From Vitrella brassicaformis CCMP3155 (taxonomy: Eukaryota; Protista; Chromerida), in assembly GCA_001179505.1 (NCBI GenBank), contig CDMY01000123.1, positions 120,769-184,768 on the forward strand: a stretch of 64,000 nucleotides of DNA. Reading direction: 5' to 3'. A program made the position numbers and the translations under genes. This document shows, in pieces, positions 1 through 12,817 of this stretch. The stretch's first letter is position 1, and each line of letters begins with the position of its first letter. The notes beneath the pieces are model-generated. The model had not been told where the DNA came from. It did no database searches and saw only the letters and a program-made list of their open reading frames with translations.

Positions 1-512
1 AGGTGCCCCTCTCTGCTGAAGATCGGCCGGCCAGACGTCAAGGCCAAGAACCTCTGGCTATTCGGATTCGAATACGACCAAATCAAAGAGATGGTCAAGA
101 GGTACGTAAATATTGCCATCGTGTACATGCTCACGAGTCCTATGGCGTGTGGCTGCGTGTGTGGCGTCGTGTGATGTGTTGCCGGCCATCCCTTTATTCT
201 AGGTGGCCCCGTCTGTTGACACAATCAGTGGACAGGTGCTACCGGCCCAAGATGCACCTGTACGAGAAGCAGATCAAGGGCGACCTGTCGGACATCATCG
301 CCTTCCCCCAGTACTTCTCCTACGGCCTGCGCTCCATCCTCATGCCGCGCATCGACGCACTGACGCGCGTCGGCGTCGCCCTCCCGCCGGTGAAGCAGCT
401 GTGCCTGCTGAGCGATGACGTCTGGTGCGAGGCCTTCAGCGTGCCCAAGGAGTACCTGCTCGAGGCCAGACTGGAGAATATGTACAAGCCAGCACCGGCA
501 GAGAACATCTAG
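1..512 (+). CDS. mTERF-family protein, 3' part (gene runs off the left edge)
   Basis: Spliced reading ...LWLFGFEYDQIKEMVKR | WPRLLTQSVDRCYRPKMHLYEKQIKGDLSDIIAFPQYFSYGLRSILMPRIDAL..., with a GT-AG intron at about 102-202. FPQYFSY-L---I-PR is the typical mTERF repeat motif. Stop TAG at 510-512. Confidence 0.7.
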   Translation, partial: VPLSAEDRPARRQGQEPLAIRIRIRPNQRDGQEVRKYCHRVHAHESYGVWLRVWRRVMCCRPSLYSRWPRLLTQSVDRCYRPKMHLYEKQIKGDLSDIIAFPQYFSYGLRSILMPRIDALTRVGVALPPVKQLCLLSDDVWCEAFSVPKEYLLEARLENMYKPAPAENI

Positions 513-1814
513 TCTAGATGGACACGACGGACGAACAGAGAGAGCGAGGGAGGGAGAGGGAGAGGAGGGATTTCAACCGATCGCTGCATGTCTTGGTTGC
601 TGGATGACACAGCAAGAGAGAGAGAGAGAGAGAGAGAGGTGGAGGGGTGGCTGTGAAGCAGTCTGTGTTGTCTGGCGGCGGCCTCTCGTACTGGATGGTC
701 GCGATGTGTGTGTGTGTGTGTGTGTGTTTGTCATATATCGGACATGGTCAGTCATTGTTGTGACGGTGAATGCATGCATTTCATCCTCAGAATGAGAGCT
801 TCGCTGCCTGTGTCATTTCGTCAGACGTACGCACACTGAATACATTAATGTCAGTTGTCCGCTGGAGTTCGCACGCACATGGACACACACACACACACAC
901 ATCCATCCATCAATCAATCCGTATGCTGCACAAGGCTCCACCCAGTTGGCTTTTCCACAGCAGCAACGCAACGCGCCACACAAGACGACCACAACACGAT
1001 GGTACGCAAGGAAAACGACCACATGAGTCCGCCAAAGAATGGGTGTGGCGGTGGAGGGACGCATGGAGGTGTTGGCGCACAGGCAGTGACGGCAAGGCAC
1101 GGCCATCATCGTCTGGGCACCAACACACCATTGCGTCCATCCATCCATCCATACATCACATAGCGCACCATCATGTCCATCCAATGCACCAAGCCAGTAG
1201 ACATACATCCACATACACATGCACAAGCCAGTAGACATCCCTCCCTCCCTCCCTCCCTCCATTTGCCTCTTCTCTCTCGGTACGGTCGGTATATACATCA
1301 GATAGACAGAGGCATACAGTACTTATACAGAGAAAGACGTGGCCGACAAGTGATGTGATGCACATCAACAGGCATGCCATAGTGAACGAACGGCATATAT
1401 TGAATATATCAGTACTTACATAACGCTTGTTTCCTAACACGCACGCCAGCATGCCCTCAGTCAGTGATGGATAGCCCTGTGTGTGTCGCTCATTTCATTC
1501 TCTTTGCTGTCTTTTCTGAGCGTTTGTGTCTGCCGGTTCGTTCGATGCGCCTCGAACGCACGCAAACGATCCAAAAAGGCAGCAAAGTGAAGGTGAGTGA
1601 GCACACCACACCAACCAGTCAGTCACAATCATCAAAACCAACCAACACAGAGAGGGAGTGTGCGCGTGCGAGCGTGTGTGTGTATGGTGTGTGCGACAAA
1701 ACCACCCCACACACCCACCATGAGCCAATCCATCCTTCTCCCTCCCTCCCACCCTCCCATATGCACATGGTCGCTCTCTGTATCTGTCTGTCTGTCTATC
1801 TATCAGTATCTCGC

Positions 1815-2644
1815 TTAGGATTGGTAGATTCGGAATGTGCGTTCGATCCGTTGTTGGCATATGGGGCAGCGGCCTGTGGACCTCACTACCGACGTGGCGC
1901 ACGCTTGGCACACGCAGAGGTGGTCTGACAACAAACAAACAAGCATACACACACACATACATACAGCAACACCAGGTGTGTATGTGTGTGTGTGTGTGAT
2001 GTCTGTTTGTTCTTGTGTTGTGTGTGCTCTCACTGCATGGGCTGAATGCATGTGTCTTGTGCCGCTCGTGGCACACCGCACAGAAGCGCTCCAAGTCGCG
2101 CCGCTCCTGCAGCTCCCTCTCTACCGCAGACACCTGACGCTTCAACTGACACACAGACACACACGCGGAAGCACAAACAGGTAGAGGAATACAGGCTTGT
2201 CGTGTGTGTGTGTGTCCATATCACCTGATCCAACCGTGCCTCTAGCTGGGCCATGCTCATATTGCCATATCCCCCACCCCTACCGCCACCCCCTCCCCCT
2301 CCCGCCGCCTCCACCCTCACCGCCCCCTGCCGCCGCAGCTGCTGGATCTCACGGTTGAGGCTCTCGTTGATGCTCGCCTGTTTGTCGATGATCTCGTCCT
2401 TCCTGTCACTCTCGCGGCGGAGTTTGGCAATTTCCTTCAGCAGCTGGTCGTAGTTCTCCAAATCCCGAAGCCTCTCCTCTTCCTCGTCATGCGGTTGGTT
2501 GCGGTGGTGGCCGTAGTTGGTGCGATGGCGGCGGTCTCTATCAGGGAACAAGTCGCGCTGAGAGCCGCGCTGCTCCGTCCGGCGGCGGTCGGTGTCGTAC
2601 ACCATCTCAAATCTGCGGCCGCCCTGCCGCCTAGTGGCCGACAT
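1815..2644 (-). CDS. C3HC4 RING-finger protein (IAP/MDM2-type RING) with coiled coil; 3 exons
   Basis: Exons at about 2644-2226, 2145-2035 and 1925-1815 give MSATRRQGG...LKRQVSAVERELQERRDLERFCAVCHERHKTHAFSPC | HLCVCQACATSVVRSTGRCPICQQRIERTFRIYQS*, which is a complete RING ligand set. Confidence 0.85.
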
Positions 2645-3000
2645 GCAGGACAGTCAAGGTGAGCGATGAGGGGCGGAGGGGCGGGAAGAGTGGGACATCT
2701 GCGGGCGGGCGGTGAGGGAAATAGGGATGCGGGGCGACGGATGGCAGGGAGATGGTCCTCCCCGCCGAAATGAGCTACCACCAGTGAGTGGTGGACGAGA
2801 TGCCGAATGCCGATGTCTAGAACGAAGGTCTCCTCAGCGACAAGATGAGGGCCGATGCCGCTCCTGCACACGCGCGCGGGAATTTGTTGCTGCTGGAAGG
2901 CTTATATGCTGTCTTCACTGCCTTGCAGAGTTTGAGCTCGCAAACAGAGAAACAATCGGAGAGAAATCTCGTTTGAGGCCCTGTGCGGCTTGGTTTGATC

Positions 3001-3458
3001 ATGTCGAAGCTCGACGGCCGGAAGGCGCGGCCGCGCGCGGCGCTCGACGACGACGATGTCGACATGGACGCCGGTGAGCTGCAACGACTCATCCCCGGGC
3101 TGATCTGGCGCACGGATGTGCGGCTGTGCGTGTGTCTGATGTGCTTGTTGTGCTTGTTGTGTGGTGGTAATGCGGTCAATGCGGTCAGACAACGACGATG
3201 GCGAGCCGATGTCGAAGCGGATGCGTTCGTCTGACTGGGACGATGAGTTCGAGCCGCTCAAGAGGAAAGACCTCGACGCACCGCTAGACCCCAACAATGA
3301 CAGGATAGGTAGGTATCGTATCTGATCTGATGCACATACCAGATCACTCATGGTCGGATGGATGGATGGATGGATATCTCTTTGTGTGTGCGCAGTGTTC
3401 ATGCAGATCGACATCGACCAGTACACTGGCAAGGCCAAGAGGGACATGTGGCCGCAAG

Positions 3459-3491
<33 letters not shown>

Positions 3492-6400
3492 CACACACAG
3501 GCAGACAGAGCGCCACATCCATCCATCCATCACGCGCATCCCCCGAGTGTGGATGCGTTGATCGACCAGGTGGCATCCCTGCGCCGGACCAGGAAGTGCC
3601 GATCCTGCGGATGTTTGGCGTGACGGAGGGCGGGCAGAGTGTGCTCGCACACATACACGGTTTCATGCCCTACTTCTACTGCCAGGCACGCACACAACCA
3701 ACCAACCACACCGATAGATAGCACAATCCACAAATCCCTCCATGTGTGTGTGTGTGTGTGTGTGTGTGTGATGGTGGTCTGTCTGTCTGTCTGTCTGTCA
3801 GTGTCCGGACAAGTGTCGCGATTCGGCCAAGATGAGGGCCAAACTCGAAGTCAGTCAGTCAGCAGCCAGCCGATACTAGAGATGTGCAGATCAGATGGTG
3901 TGTTGCTTGTGTGTGTCTGTGTGTGTGTAGGAGCGTTTGAGGGTAAACAACCGCGGCATCAAGCAGCTGGTGCTGCACGTAGAGGTCGTCCAGAAACAGG
4001 TGCATGCGCACACACACACAGGACATCGACACACAGATACCCAACACACACCACACCACACCACACCATTGCGGATGGATGGCTGGATGGGTTCGGCTTC
4101 GTGCAGTCTCTGATGTGGTATGTGCCCGACTCGACCGCTGACACTTCCCACTTCTTCCGCATCACAGTCGCACAGCCGAGGCTCGTGCCGCCATGCAGAG
4201 ATATCATAGAGAGAGGTGCGGTGGTGTGTCGGCCAGGGCCAGGCCAGCACCCCTCCCCCCTTTGCTATGCACCTGGTGTGGCTGTCTGTGGTGCGTGTGG
4301 TGTGTTAGGTTTGGAGTTGCAGCCGGGCGCGCGTGTGCCGACGACCCCCTACGCGACGTTTGAGAGCAACATCGCCTTCCCACTTCGGTACATGATCGAC
4401 AACGGCGTCACCGGCGGCTGTTGGGTGGAAGGTAGGTCGGCTGACGGAACGAACACACACATACATACCCATCCGCCCACACCCACACCCACACTAAGAA
4501 TGACGGCACTCGTTCGTGTGTACGTGTGTGGGTGGCGTCTGTCTGTGTGTGTGTAGTGCCTGCCGGTAGCTATCAGGTGCGCAGCCACGCCACGACGGTG
4601 GGGCTGTGTCAGATCGAGGTGGACCTTCCCTACACAGGTGGGTGTGGGTGCTGGTGGGCGTGAGTTATGCATCACACACAGCGGGGCTATCGAAGCTTTG
4701 CTCCATCCATCCTTTTCGTTCGTCAGATTTGGTGTCGTTGCCGACGGACGGTGACTACATGAAGCTGGCGCCCCTGCGTGTCCTGTCATTCGGTCAGGCG
4801 GCACACAACACACAACACACACATACACAGACAGACAGACATGCAGGCCACCTGTGGATGGATGACGTGTGTGGGGGTGTGGGGTCAGACATCGAGTGTG
4901 TCAAGCTCGAGGGCCAGGGGTTCCCTCAGGTAGGCCCCCCCCCTCAGCCACACACGCACGCACACGCAGCACACAGATGCGTGTGCACATATTGTCGTGT
5001 CATGCGTGTCGGTCAGGCTGAAGAGGACCCCGTCATTCAGATCGCAACCGTAGTCAAAATACACGGTAGGAACGAAACGACAGACAGACAGAAGTGCGTG
5101 CATCTGTGTGGGGTTTGTGCTGTCTGTCTGTCTGTCTGTCTGTATGTCTGTCTGTCTGTGTGTCTGTGTGTGTGCAGGTGATGAGGAGCCCCTGTGGAAG
5201 GCCGTGTTTGTGCTCGGCACATGCGCCCCTGTCGCCGGTCAGCCAGCCACACCACATGCGCATGGATCCTCATGGTCTATGTGTGTGTGCAGGTGCGCAC
5301 GTCTACACCTTCGAGACCGAGTATGAGCTGCTGCAGAGGTGGAGCGACTTCCTCACCATTGTAACCACCACACACACACACACACGAAGGAATACACACG
5401 TGGGGTGTGTGTGTGTGTGTGTGTGTGTGCAGGTTGACCCCGATGTGCTGACGGGTTACAATGTGATCAACTTCGACCTCAACTACCTCATCACGCGGGC
5501 AGGCATCCTCAAAGTCGACAAATTCGCACACATCGGTCGGTCGCTCCGCCCGTCAGCCAGCCAGCCACACGCGTGTGTGTGTCTGTGTCTGTGTCTGTGT
5601 ATGTGTATGTGTATGTGTGTGTGTGTGTGTGCAGGTCGCATTCAGACTGCCAAGAGCAAGATTCGCGACACTGTGTTTCAGTCCAGGGCGTACGGCATCC
5701 GGGAGAACAAAGAGATCAGTGAGTTGACTCCACACCACACCACACCACACACGTGTGCCTGCCTGCACGTCTGGGCGTGCAACCAGATACGGAGGGCCGC
5801 GTGCAGTTCGACGTGCTTCATGCCATTCAGAGGGACCACAAGCTCAGGTGGGCACACACACACACACACACATCCATCCATCTATTCGCTGCAGGTCGTA
5901 TTCGCTCAACGCCGTCTCAGCCCACTTCCTCAACGAACAGAAGGCAGGCAAGCACACACACGCCCATCCATGTACACCTCCTGCACACGTGCCTGCCTGC
6001 CTGCCTGTCTGCCTCTCTGCTGCTGTGTGTGCAGGAGGATGTGCACTACAGCATGATCGGGGACCTCCACAGGGGCAACGCCGAGACTCGCCAACGCGTC
6101 GCATCCTACTGCCTCAAGGCACGCAAGGAGCCACAGACAGATGACAACCACATGTGGAGAGAGAGAGAGAGAGAGAGATGCACGTATGGGTGTGTGTGCT
6201 GTGTGTGCTGTGTCGGGTGTGGTGTGTGGGTGTGTGGTGCAGGATGCGACCCTGCCGCTGCGTCTGATGGACCACCTGCTGTGCATGTACAACTACGTGG
6301 AGATGGCCAGGGTCACCGGCACGCCGCTCAGCTACCTGCTCACACGGTGCGGTCAGCAAGCAACAAGACAGACAGACACACAGACAGATGGATGGCTGCT

Positions 6401-9400
6401 CGCATGGCTTGCACAAACACAAGCAATGTCCCTCCTCCCTGTGTGGTGTGCCGTGAATGGTTTGGTTTGGTTGGCTGGCAGTGGTCAGCAGATCAAGGTC
6501 GTGAGCCAGCTCTACCGCACCTGCCTCAAGCTGGGGTACATCTTCCCATACGCTAAACAAGAAGTACGGTCGCACCCCCTCCCCCCTCCCCCTCCCCCCT
6601 CCACACACACGCACGGGCTGGTGCATAAGATGATGCACACACACACACGCGTCTGTGGTGTGTGTGTGTGTGTGTGTGTGTCAGTCTTCCGAGGAAAAGT
6701 TCGAGGGTGCGACCGTGCTGGAGCCTGAGAAGGTGTGCTGTGCTTTGTGGGTGGATACACACACGCACACATCCATCCATGCGTCCATCCATCCGTCTGT
6801 GCATCTGTGTGTGTGCAGGACTTCTACGGGGAGCCGATCGCCACGCTCGACTTCGCGTCGCTGTACCCCTCCATCATGATGGTGTGTATGTACGCCACAC
6901 ACACCCACAGACAGACACCAACACAGTGTCTCATGGCTGGATGGCTGGCTTCAGGCGTACAATCTGTGCTACTGCACCCTCATCCCGCCCCAATACGTGT
7001 CCCAGATGAACCCTGACGAGGTGAAGGGCGGGGTGTCCTGCCGCCGCTCATGGATAGTGTGGCTGATGTGTTGATGTGTTGATGTGTGTGTTTGTGCACT
7101 GCAGTACACCAAGACGCCCATCGGCCACTGCTTCGTCAAGAAGGACAACCGACAGGTACGGTATGCCTGTTTGGGGGAGGGATGGGTGCTCATATGTGTG
7201 TGTGTGGGTGTGTGCGTGTGTAGGGTGTGTTGCCGCTGGTGCTGACCGAGCTGCTGGCTGCGCGAAAGGCACACAGACATGCACACACACACACACAAAT
7301 GAGCAGCCCACCGCATTCGTGTGTGCCTCACATCGCGTGTGTGTGCAGCGTGCCAAGAAGGACATGAACGCTGCGCAAGACCCACTCACGAAAATGGTAC
7401 ATTAATTACATGGATGGCACCACACCCACACACCTGCTCACATACGCACACACAGAGAGCCAGATGGCCAGCCAGTGGGATACCATCGGTGTGTGTGTGT
7501 AGGTGCTCAACGGTCGTCAGCTGGCCCTGAAGATCTCCGCCAACTCGGTCTATGGCTTCACGGGCGCCACGGTCAGTCACATCTATCTCCCCCCCTCTCT
7601 CTCTCTCTCTCTGTGTGTGTGTGGATGGATGGATGGATGGATGTGTGTGTGTGCAGGTGGGTCAGCTGGCGTGTCTTGAGATCTCCTCGTCTGTGACGGC
7701 ATTCGGACGGCAAATGATCGACCAGACCAAAGAGGTAATCTCTCTCTCTCTCTGTCTGTGCCAACCACACTCATACACACACAGTGGGTGTCCATCTCTC
7801 TCTCTGCGTGCGTCTTTGTGTGTCATTTGTGTGTGTCTGCAGCATGTGGAGCGTCGTTACAAGGTAGCCGCGGGCTACCCCCACGACGCAAAAGTCATTT
7901 ACGGCGACACCGATAGCGTCATGGTGTGGATCCGACCCCACCCCCTCTCAGCCCCATTGTCGTACCGTCCTACATCTCTCTCTCTCTCTCTCCCCGTCTG
8001 TCTGTGTGGGGGTACAGGTCAATTTCGGCGAGATCAGCGTTGAAGAGGCCATGAAATACGGTAGCAGGCAGGCAGCCACGGCAGAGACGACTGGACCGTC
8101 ATGTGTGTCGCCACACACATCCACACACATCCACACACTGACTGACTGACTGACAGGTCTGGAGGCGTCCCAGGAGATCAGCAAGACATTCCCCCCACCG
8201 ATCAGACTCGAATTCGAGAAGGTTTGCGCCCTATCAACACACGCACACACGAGATACCTACAACACGGGAACCATCGTATATGGCTGGCTGGATGGCTGG
8301 ATGGCGACAGGTGTATTGTCCGTTCCTGCTGATGAACAAGAAGCGCTACGCCGGGCTGATCTGGACCAAACCCGAGAAATATGACAAAATGGACTGCAAG
8401 GGCATCGAGGCAAGCACCCTGAACCCTGCACACGCAGCCACACACACACAATCAGCAGACACCTTCCTTTCTCTCTCTCCGTGTGTGTGTGTGTTCAGAC
8501 GGTGCGTCGCGATTGGTGTGAGTTGGTACAGAAGACCGTAGACGATGTGCTCAACCTCATCCTCGTGTAAGCACCATACCTCCACACATCCATCCATAGA
8601 GATACACGTGTGTGCTGCCTGCCTGCCTGCCTGCCTGGGTGGGCGTCTGGGTGTCAGGGAGCGTTCGGTGCCGCAGGCCAAGGAGTGCGTCAAGCGAGTA
8701 GGGAGGGAGGGAGGAAGGGGACACACACAAGCATACACACACATGGGCCCATGGATGGATGAGTGTCCCTGTGCCTTTGCCTGTGTGATTTACGCTGACT
8801 CGTGGGCGGGCAGGTGGTGGCGGATCTGCTGCAGAACAAGGTCGACATGAGCCTGCTCGTCATATCCAAGAGCTTAGGTACCATACCATGCCCACACGCG
8901 GCCACCCATCCCCCATCCGTGCATCAATGTGTGTGCAGCCAAGAGCGCCAATGCCGAGGATTATAAGGCCAAGCAGCCACACGTCGAACTCGCTGAGCGC
9001 ATGAGGGCTCGAGGCAAGAACCCCCCCCACACACACCCACACACACTCACACACACTTATAGATGACCGTGTTTGTTCATCTGTGTGTGGCATGACATGG
9101 CCTGCAGACCCCACGAGCGCCCCTGCCGTCGGCGATCGCGTCGCATTCGTCTACATCAAGGGACACAAAGGTCACTCAGCCAGCCAACACACACAATGAT
9201 CTGCTAAGCGGCTGTGTGTGCAGATGCTCGTGCGTACGAGAAGGCCGAGGACCCCCTGTACGTGTTGGAGCAGAACCTGGCCATCGACGCGCAGTACTAC
9301 CTCGAGCACCAACTCAAACAGCCTATCATCCGGTGGGGGGGCACGTGCACATCGAGGCACACAGACCCACCGGCGGCACATTCACACACATGTGTGTGTG

Positions 9401-10143
9401 TGGTGTGCAGGATATTCGAGCCGCTCATGGAGCGTCCCGAGTCTCTGTTCGCCGGGAACCACACTCTCAAGGTCTCTGTGCCGATGCCCGCTGGGGGCGC
9501 CATGGCGGTACGTATCCACACACACACACACGTGTCATGTGCACTCTGTCCGTGTGTGTGTGTATGCGTGTGGTTGCAGAAGTTTGTGCAGCGGTCGTTG
9601 ACGTGTCTGGGGTGCCGCGCGCCCATCAAGGAAGGCGCCCTCTGCAAAAACTGCAAAAAGAAGGAAATAGAGGTCATTCACACACAGATTACTTACTGTC
9701 CCCCTCTGTGTGCACCGCCATGGCTGTCTCTCTGTATCTGTGTCTCTGTGTTTCGATGTGCAGATCTACTTGAAGAAATTGGACACGTTCCGCGACAGGG
9801 AGCTCGAGTTCAACAAACTCTGGAGCGAGTGCCAACGGTCAGTCAGCCAATCCCACACACACACACACACACATCCATCCATCCATTTGTGTGTCTGTCT
9901 TTCCATCTGTGTGTGCATATTATGATTGTGCAGTTGCCAGGGTTCGCTGCACCAGGACGTCATCTGCACGTCCCGCGACTGCCCCATCTTCTACAGACGC
10001 GAGCGCGTCAAGAGAGACATTGCCCAAGCTGCGGTACGCACCGACGGGTGGAACTGTGCAGTCACACGTGGATTGATGCACCCCACTTCCCTGCGTGTGT
10101 GTGTGTGCAGGAGGCGATGCAGCGGCTCAAGATCGACTGGTAG
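3001..10143 (+). CDS. POLD1: DNA polymerase delta catalytic subunit, about 44 exons
   Basis: PILRMFGVT...[25 protein letters not shown], exonuclease motifs SF|DIEC and [18 protein letters not shown], PolB motifs [52 protein letters not shown], and C-terminal CysA (CLGC...CKNC) and CysB (C...C...[11 protein letters not shown]) motifs. Stop TAG at 10141-10143. Confidence 0.98.
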
Positions 10144-10619
10144 ACGAGCTGCAGACACGGGCGTGTAGAAAGGGGTTAATGGGGCCATATATGGGCGATG
10201 CATACATATTGTGTCTCTTTCGTACTGAGTGAGACCGTAGATAGATGAATGGATGTGTACAGGTCAGTGATGGTGATGTTAGTAGTGCGGACGGGCACGC
10301 AGTGTACATATGCGGATCGATTCAGCCATACATGCAATCGTCTGTCGGTCCACCCACCATCACACCGTAGCAGCGATACCCAGAACACAACAGTCACACT
10401 CAGGACAGAATGCAAACACATGAAGACACAGACACCCACACTAGAGGGCATGGGACACAAAGACCTAGTGAGGTAGCGGTCGATCAACACTACTATGCAG
10501 CAATGCAGGCACTCTGACGGGGCACAATTGATGGCACACAGACACGTGAGGACACATCTCTGAAAGTCACACGCAGCAGCACCAAAATGGAACATGAAGG
10601 GCAGGAAGCGTCAGTACGT

Positions 10620-12513
10620 TTAAAAAACCTCCAACACCTCTATCTCGTCAGTATCGAACACCCCACCACCTCCCAAAAGCGCCCGACCTACTCCGTCCAT
10701 GTCTCCCTGGTAGCCAGCAGACACATCCTCTGCGCTGATGAATTGATGACATCGGTTGAGGTCATCCCCGGCCCGACCCACTCCCGGTGGCCACCATCCT
10801 AGCAGCAGATGCCCCCCAATGAAAATGTAGCACTGCCCATACGCGGCGCTTGACAGGCTGCTGTTCCTCCCCGCCACAAGCAGGCTAGCTCTGGGGGCGT
10901 CGTGGCCTATGAATTTCCGATTCGGATCCCGGTTGATTTCGATTATTGCTGGATGGTCGCCGAGTTGAAAGTAGCACACCCGACACTGCCACATGGCTTG
11001 CTGTGCTGGCGGTTCGGGCATGGTGAAGTCGACGAAGCATGCAAAGCGGCGTTCACGATTGCGGACCCTCACACGGATTGCAAAGAGGAGGGGGCCGTGG
11101 CCAACCACTCGGTCCAGGAGGTCTACATGTCTCCAGCCGTCTCGAGATGCACTGCATTACGAAAAGACTCTAGACCATTTCACGTCTTTATTTGTGCAGT
11201 AGCCTACCGATAGAGAAGCCGGAATGACTTGGGTGCCCCCAGGCCGTTACAAATGACTCTCATGTCCCGCACACCACGGATGACCTGCCAGCAACATGTT
11301 ACAGAGGTCTTGCAGCGACACTTTGCGTGCCTCACCTGGCTGTTGCAGCTCGGCCGGAAGAAGAAGGACGTGAGCGAGCAGCCACCCAGGATCGCTGACA
11401 GGGCTATTGCTACCTGTATACGACGCAGAGAGGCTTTTTGCAATGGTCGACCGAGTCTGTTGCTGAACACCTACCAGCGTGCTGTTGTCGGTCTCCCTGC
11501 TGTCTCCTGAATCGCCGATCAGCTCGCGCACGCGTACACCTTGCTGGTCGAAGAGGCACGTTGTGCTGTTCATCACGAACAGGTCTCCGGCGGCAACTTT
11601 CACGGTCAGGTATTGGAGGCTCAGGCGGCCCTCGTCACACATGAGTCGGTTGCGGCCATGGATGATGAGAATTGTCTCGTCCGACGCGCCCTTGATAGTC
11701 AGGTTGCGCTCAGGGATGGACATTTGGTGATAACACGTCGCTGGTGCCCCATCGCTGCATCTGTGGGTCGACGGCTGGGCTCCCATGTTGATGTGCATGC
11801 TGGTGTTAATTTCGTGGTAGCCGCTCGTCAAGTAGATGTGGCGGGCTGACGCGTTGCCGACTAGTGGTGCCTCGATTGCGGCCTCCAGCGTCTTGCAGAG
11901 CCTCCCATCGTGTTCCGCCTCAAGTTCCCAAATGTGGTGCTTAGCGTCTTCATCACTCACCACCACCAGCCAGCCCTTCTTCAGCAAATCCTCGGCGTGG
12001 CTCCTCTCCCTCATTTGCATGTCCTTGAACGCATTGTCTGCTGGAGCGCCGAGGTTGGAGGCGACAGTGGTGTTGAGCTTGCTCCAGCCGGCTGAGTGGC
12101 AGGTGGCCAACAGGACAAACCCCAAGGCCACAGTCAGGGTGAGGCATATGAACGACCACTTCAGCAGCCGCTTGAGGTCCTCGGCGTGTCTGCTGATAGC
12201 CGCCTTGAGATCTGCCGCGTGTGTGTTGATGGTCACCAACGCCTGCTCTATGCCGCCCTTCACAATGGCGTTGAAGGTGCCAACATGAGCAAGGAACGTC
12301 TCCAGGAGGGGAATCAGCCGGCCGATGGTAACTTCGCCCGATCTCCTGCCGGAACTGCCGTACCTGCTCCACCAACCGGCCTACCGCATCGCCGCCGACT
12401 TCGTGGCCCGTGTTTGCCAGACGGCGAGAGCCACGGCTGACAGCACGAGCCGTCACAGCACCCCCCACAACAGTGGCAGCTGCCGTGAGAGCTGGCACTA
12501 ACCACCACACCAT
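10620..12513 (-). CDS. Membrane-anchored TLDc-domain protein; needs an atypical intron or frameshift near 12340
   Basis: GT-AG introns at 11474-11414, 11335-11285 and 11207-11152 join the 338-aa ORF in frame to ...APKSFRLLYR|ASRDGWRHVDLLDRVVGHGPLLF...LGGGGVFDTDEIEVLEVF*. These are the TLDc LLYRASRDG start and EIEV end motifs. Hydrophobic segments occur at the N-terminus (MVWWLVPALTAAATVVGGAV) and at WSFICLTLTVALGFVLLAT. Confidence 0.75.
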
Positions 12514-12817
12514 CCTCGAGAAGCCGTGGGGCTCTCCTCTGCTTTTTTTTCCGCTAAGCACGGAAGCTCGCAGCAGCTGGTCTCTCGAATGCGTTCCTGC
12601 GTTCACGATGCGACCCCGGGTGGCTCTGTGAGGGTAGTTTCTGCAGATCTGGACACATGCGTCGCCGTTTCGTCATTCTGATGATTCGTCGATTGCCCTT
12701 CGCTCTCTGGTACGTGTAAGACCACAAACACAGTCATGACAAAGCAGCAGACGATGACACGCCTCCTTTCATGTGGCTACAGAACATAGATTTCATCGTG
12801 TAATCATCAATCACATC

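Noticed and set aside
513-1800. ORFs of 100-160 aa between mTERF and RING
   Set aside because: Translations are HT/CV/PSI runs from microsatellites, with no coding signature.
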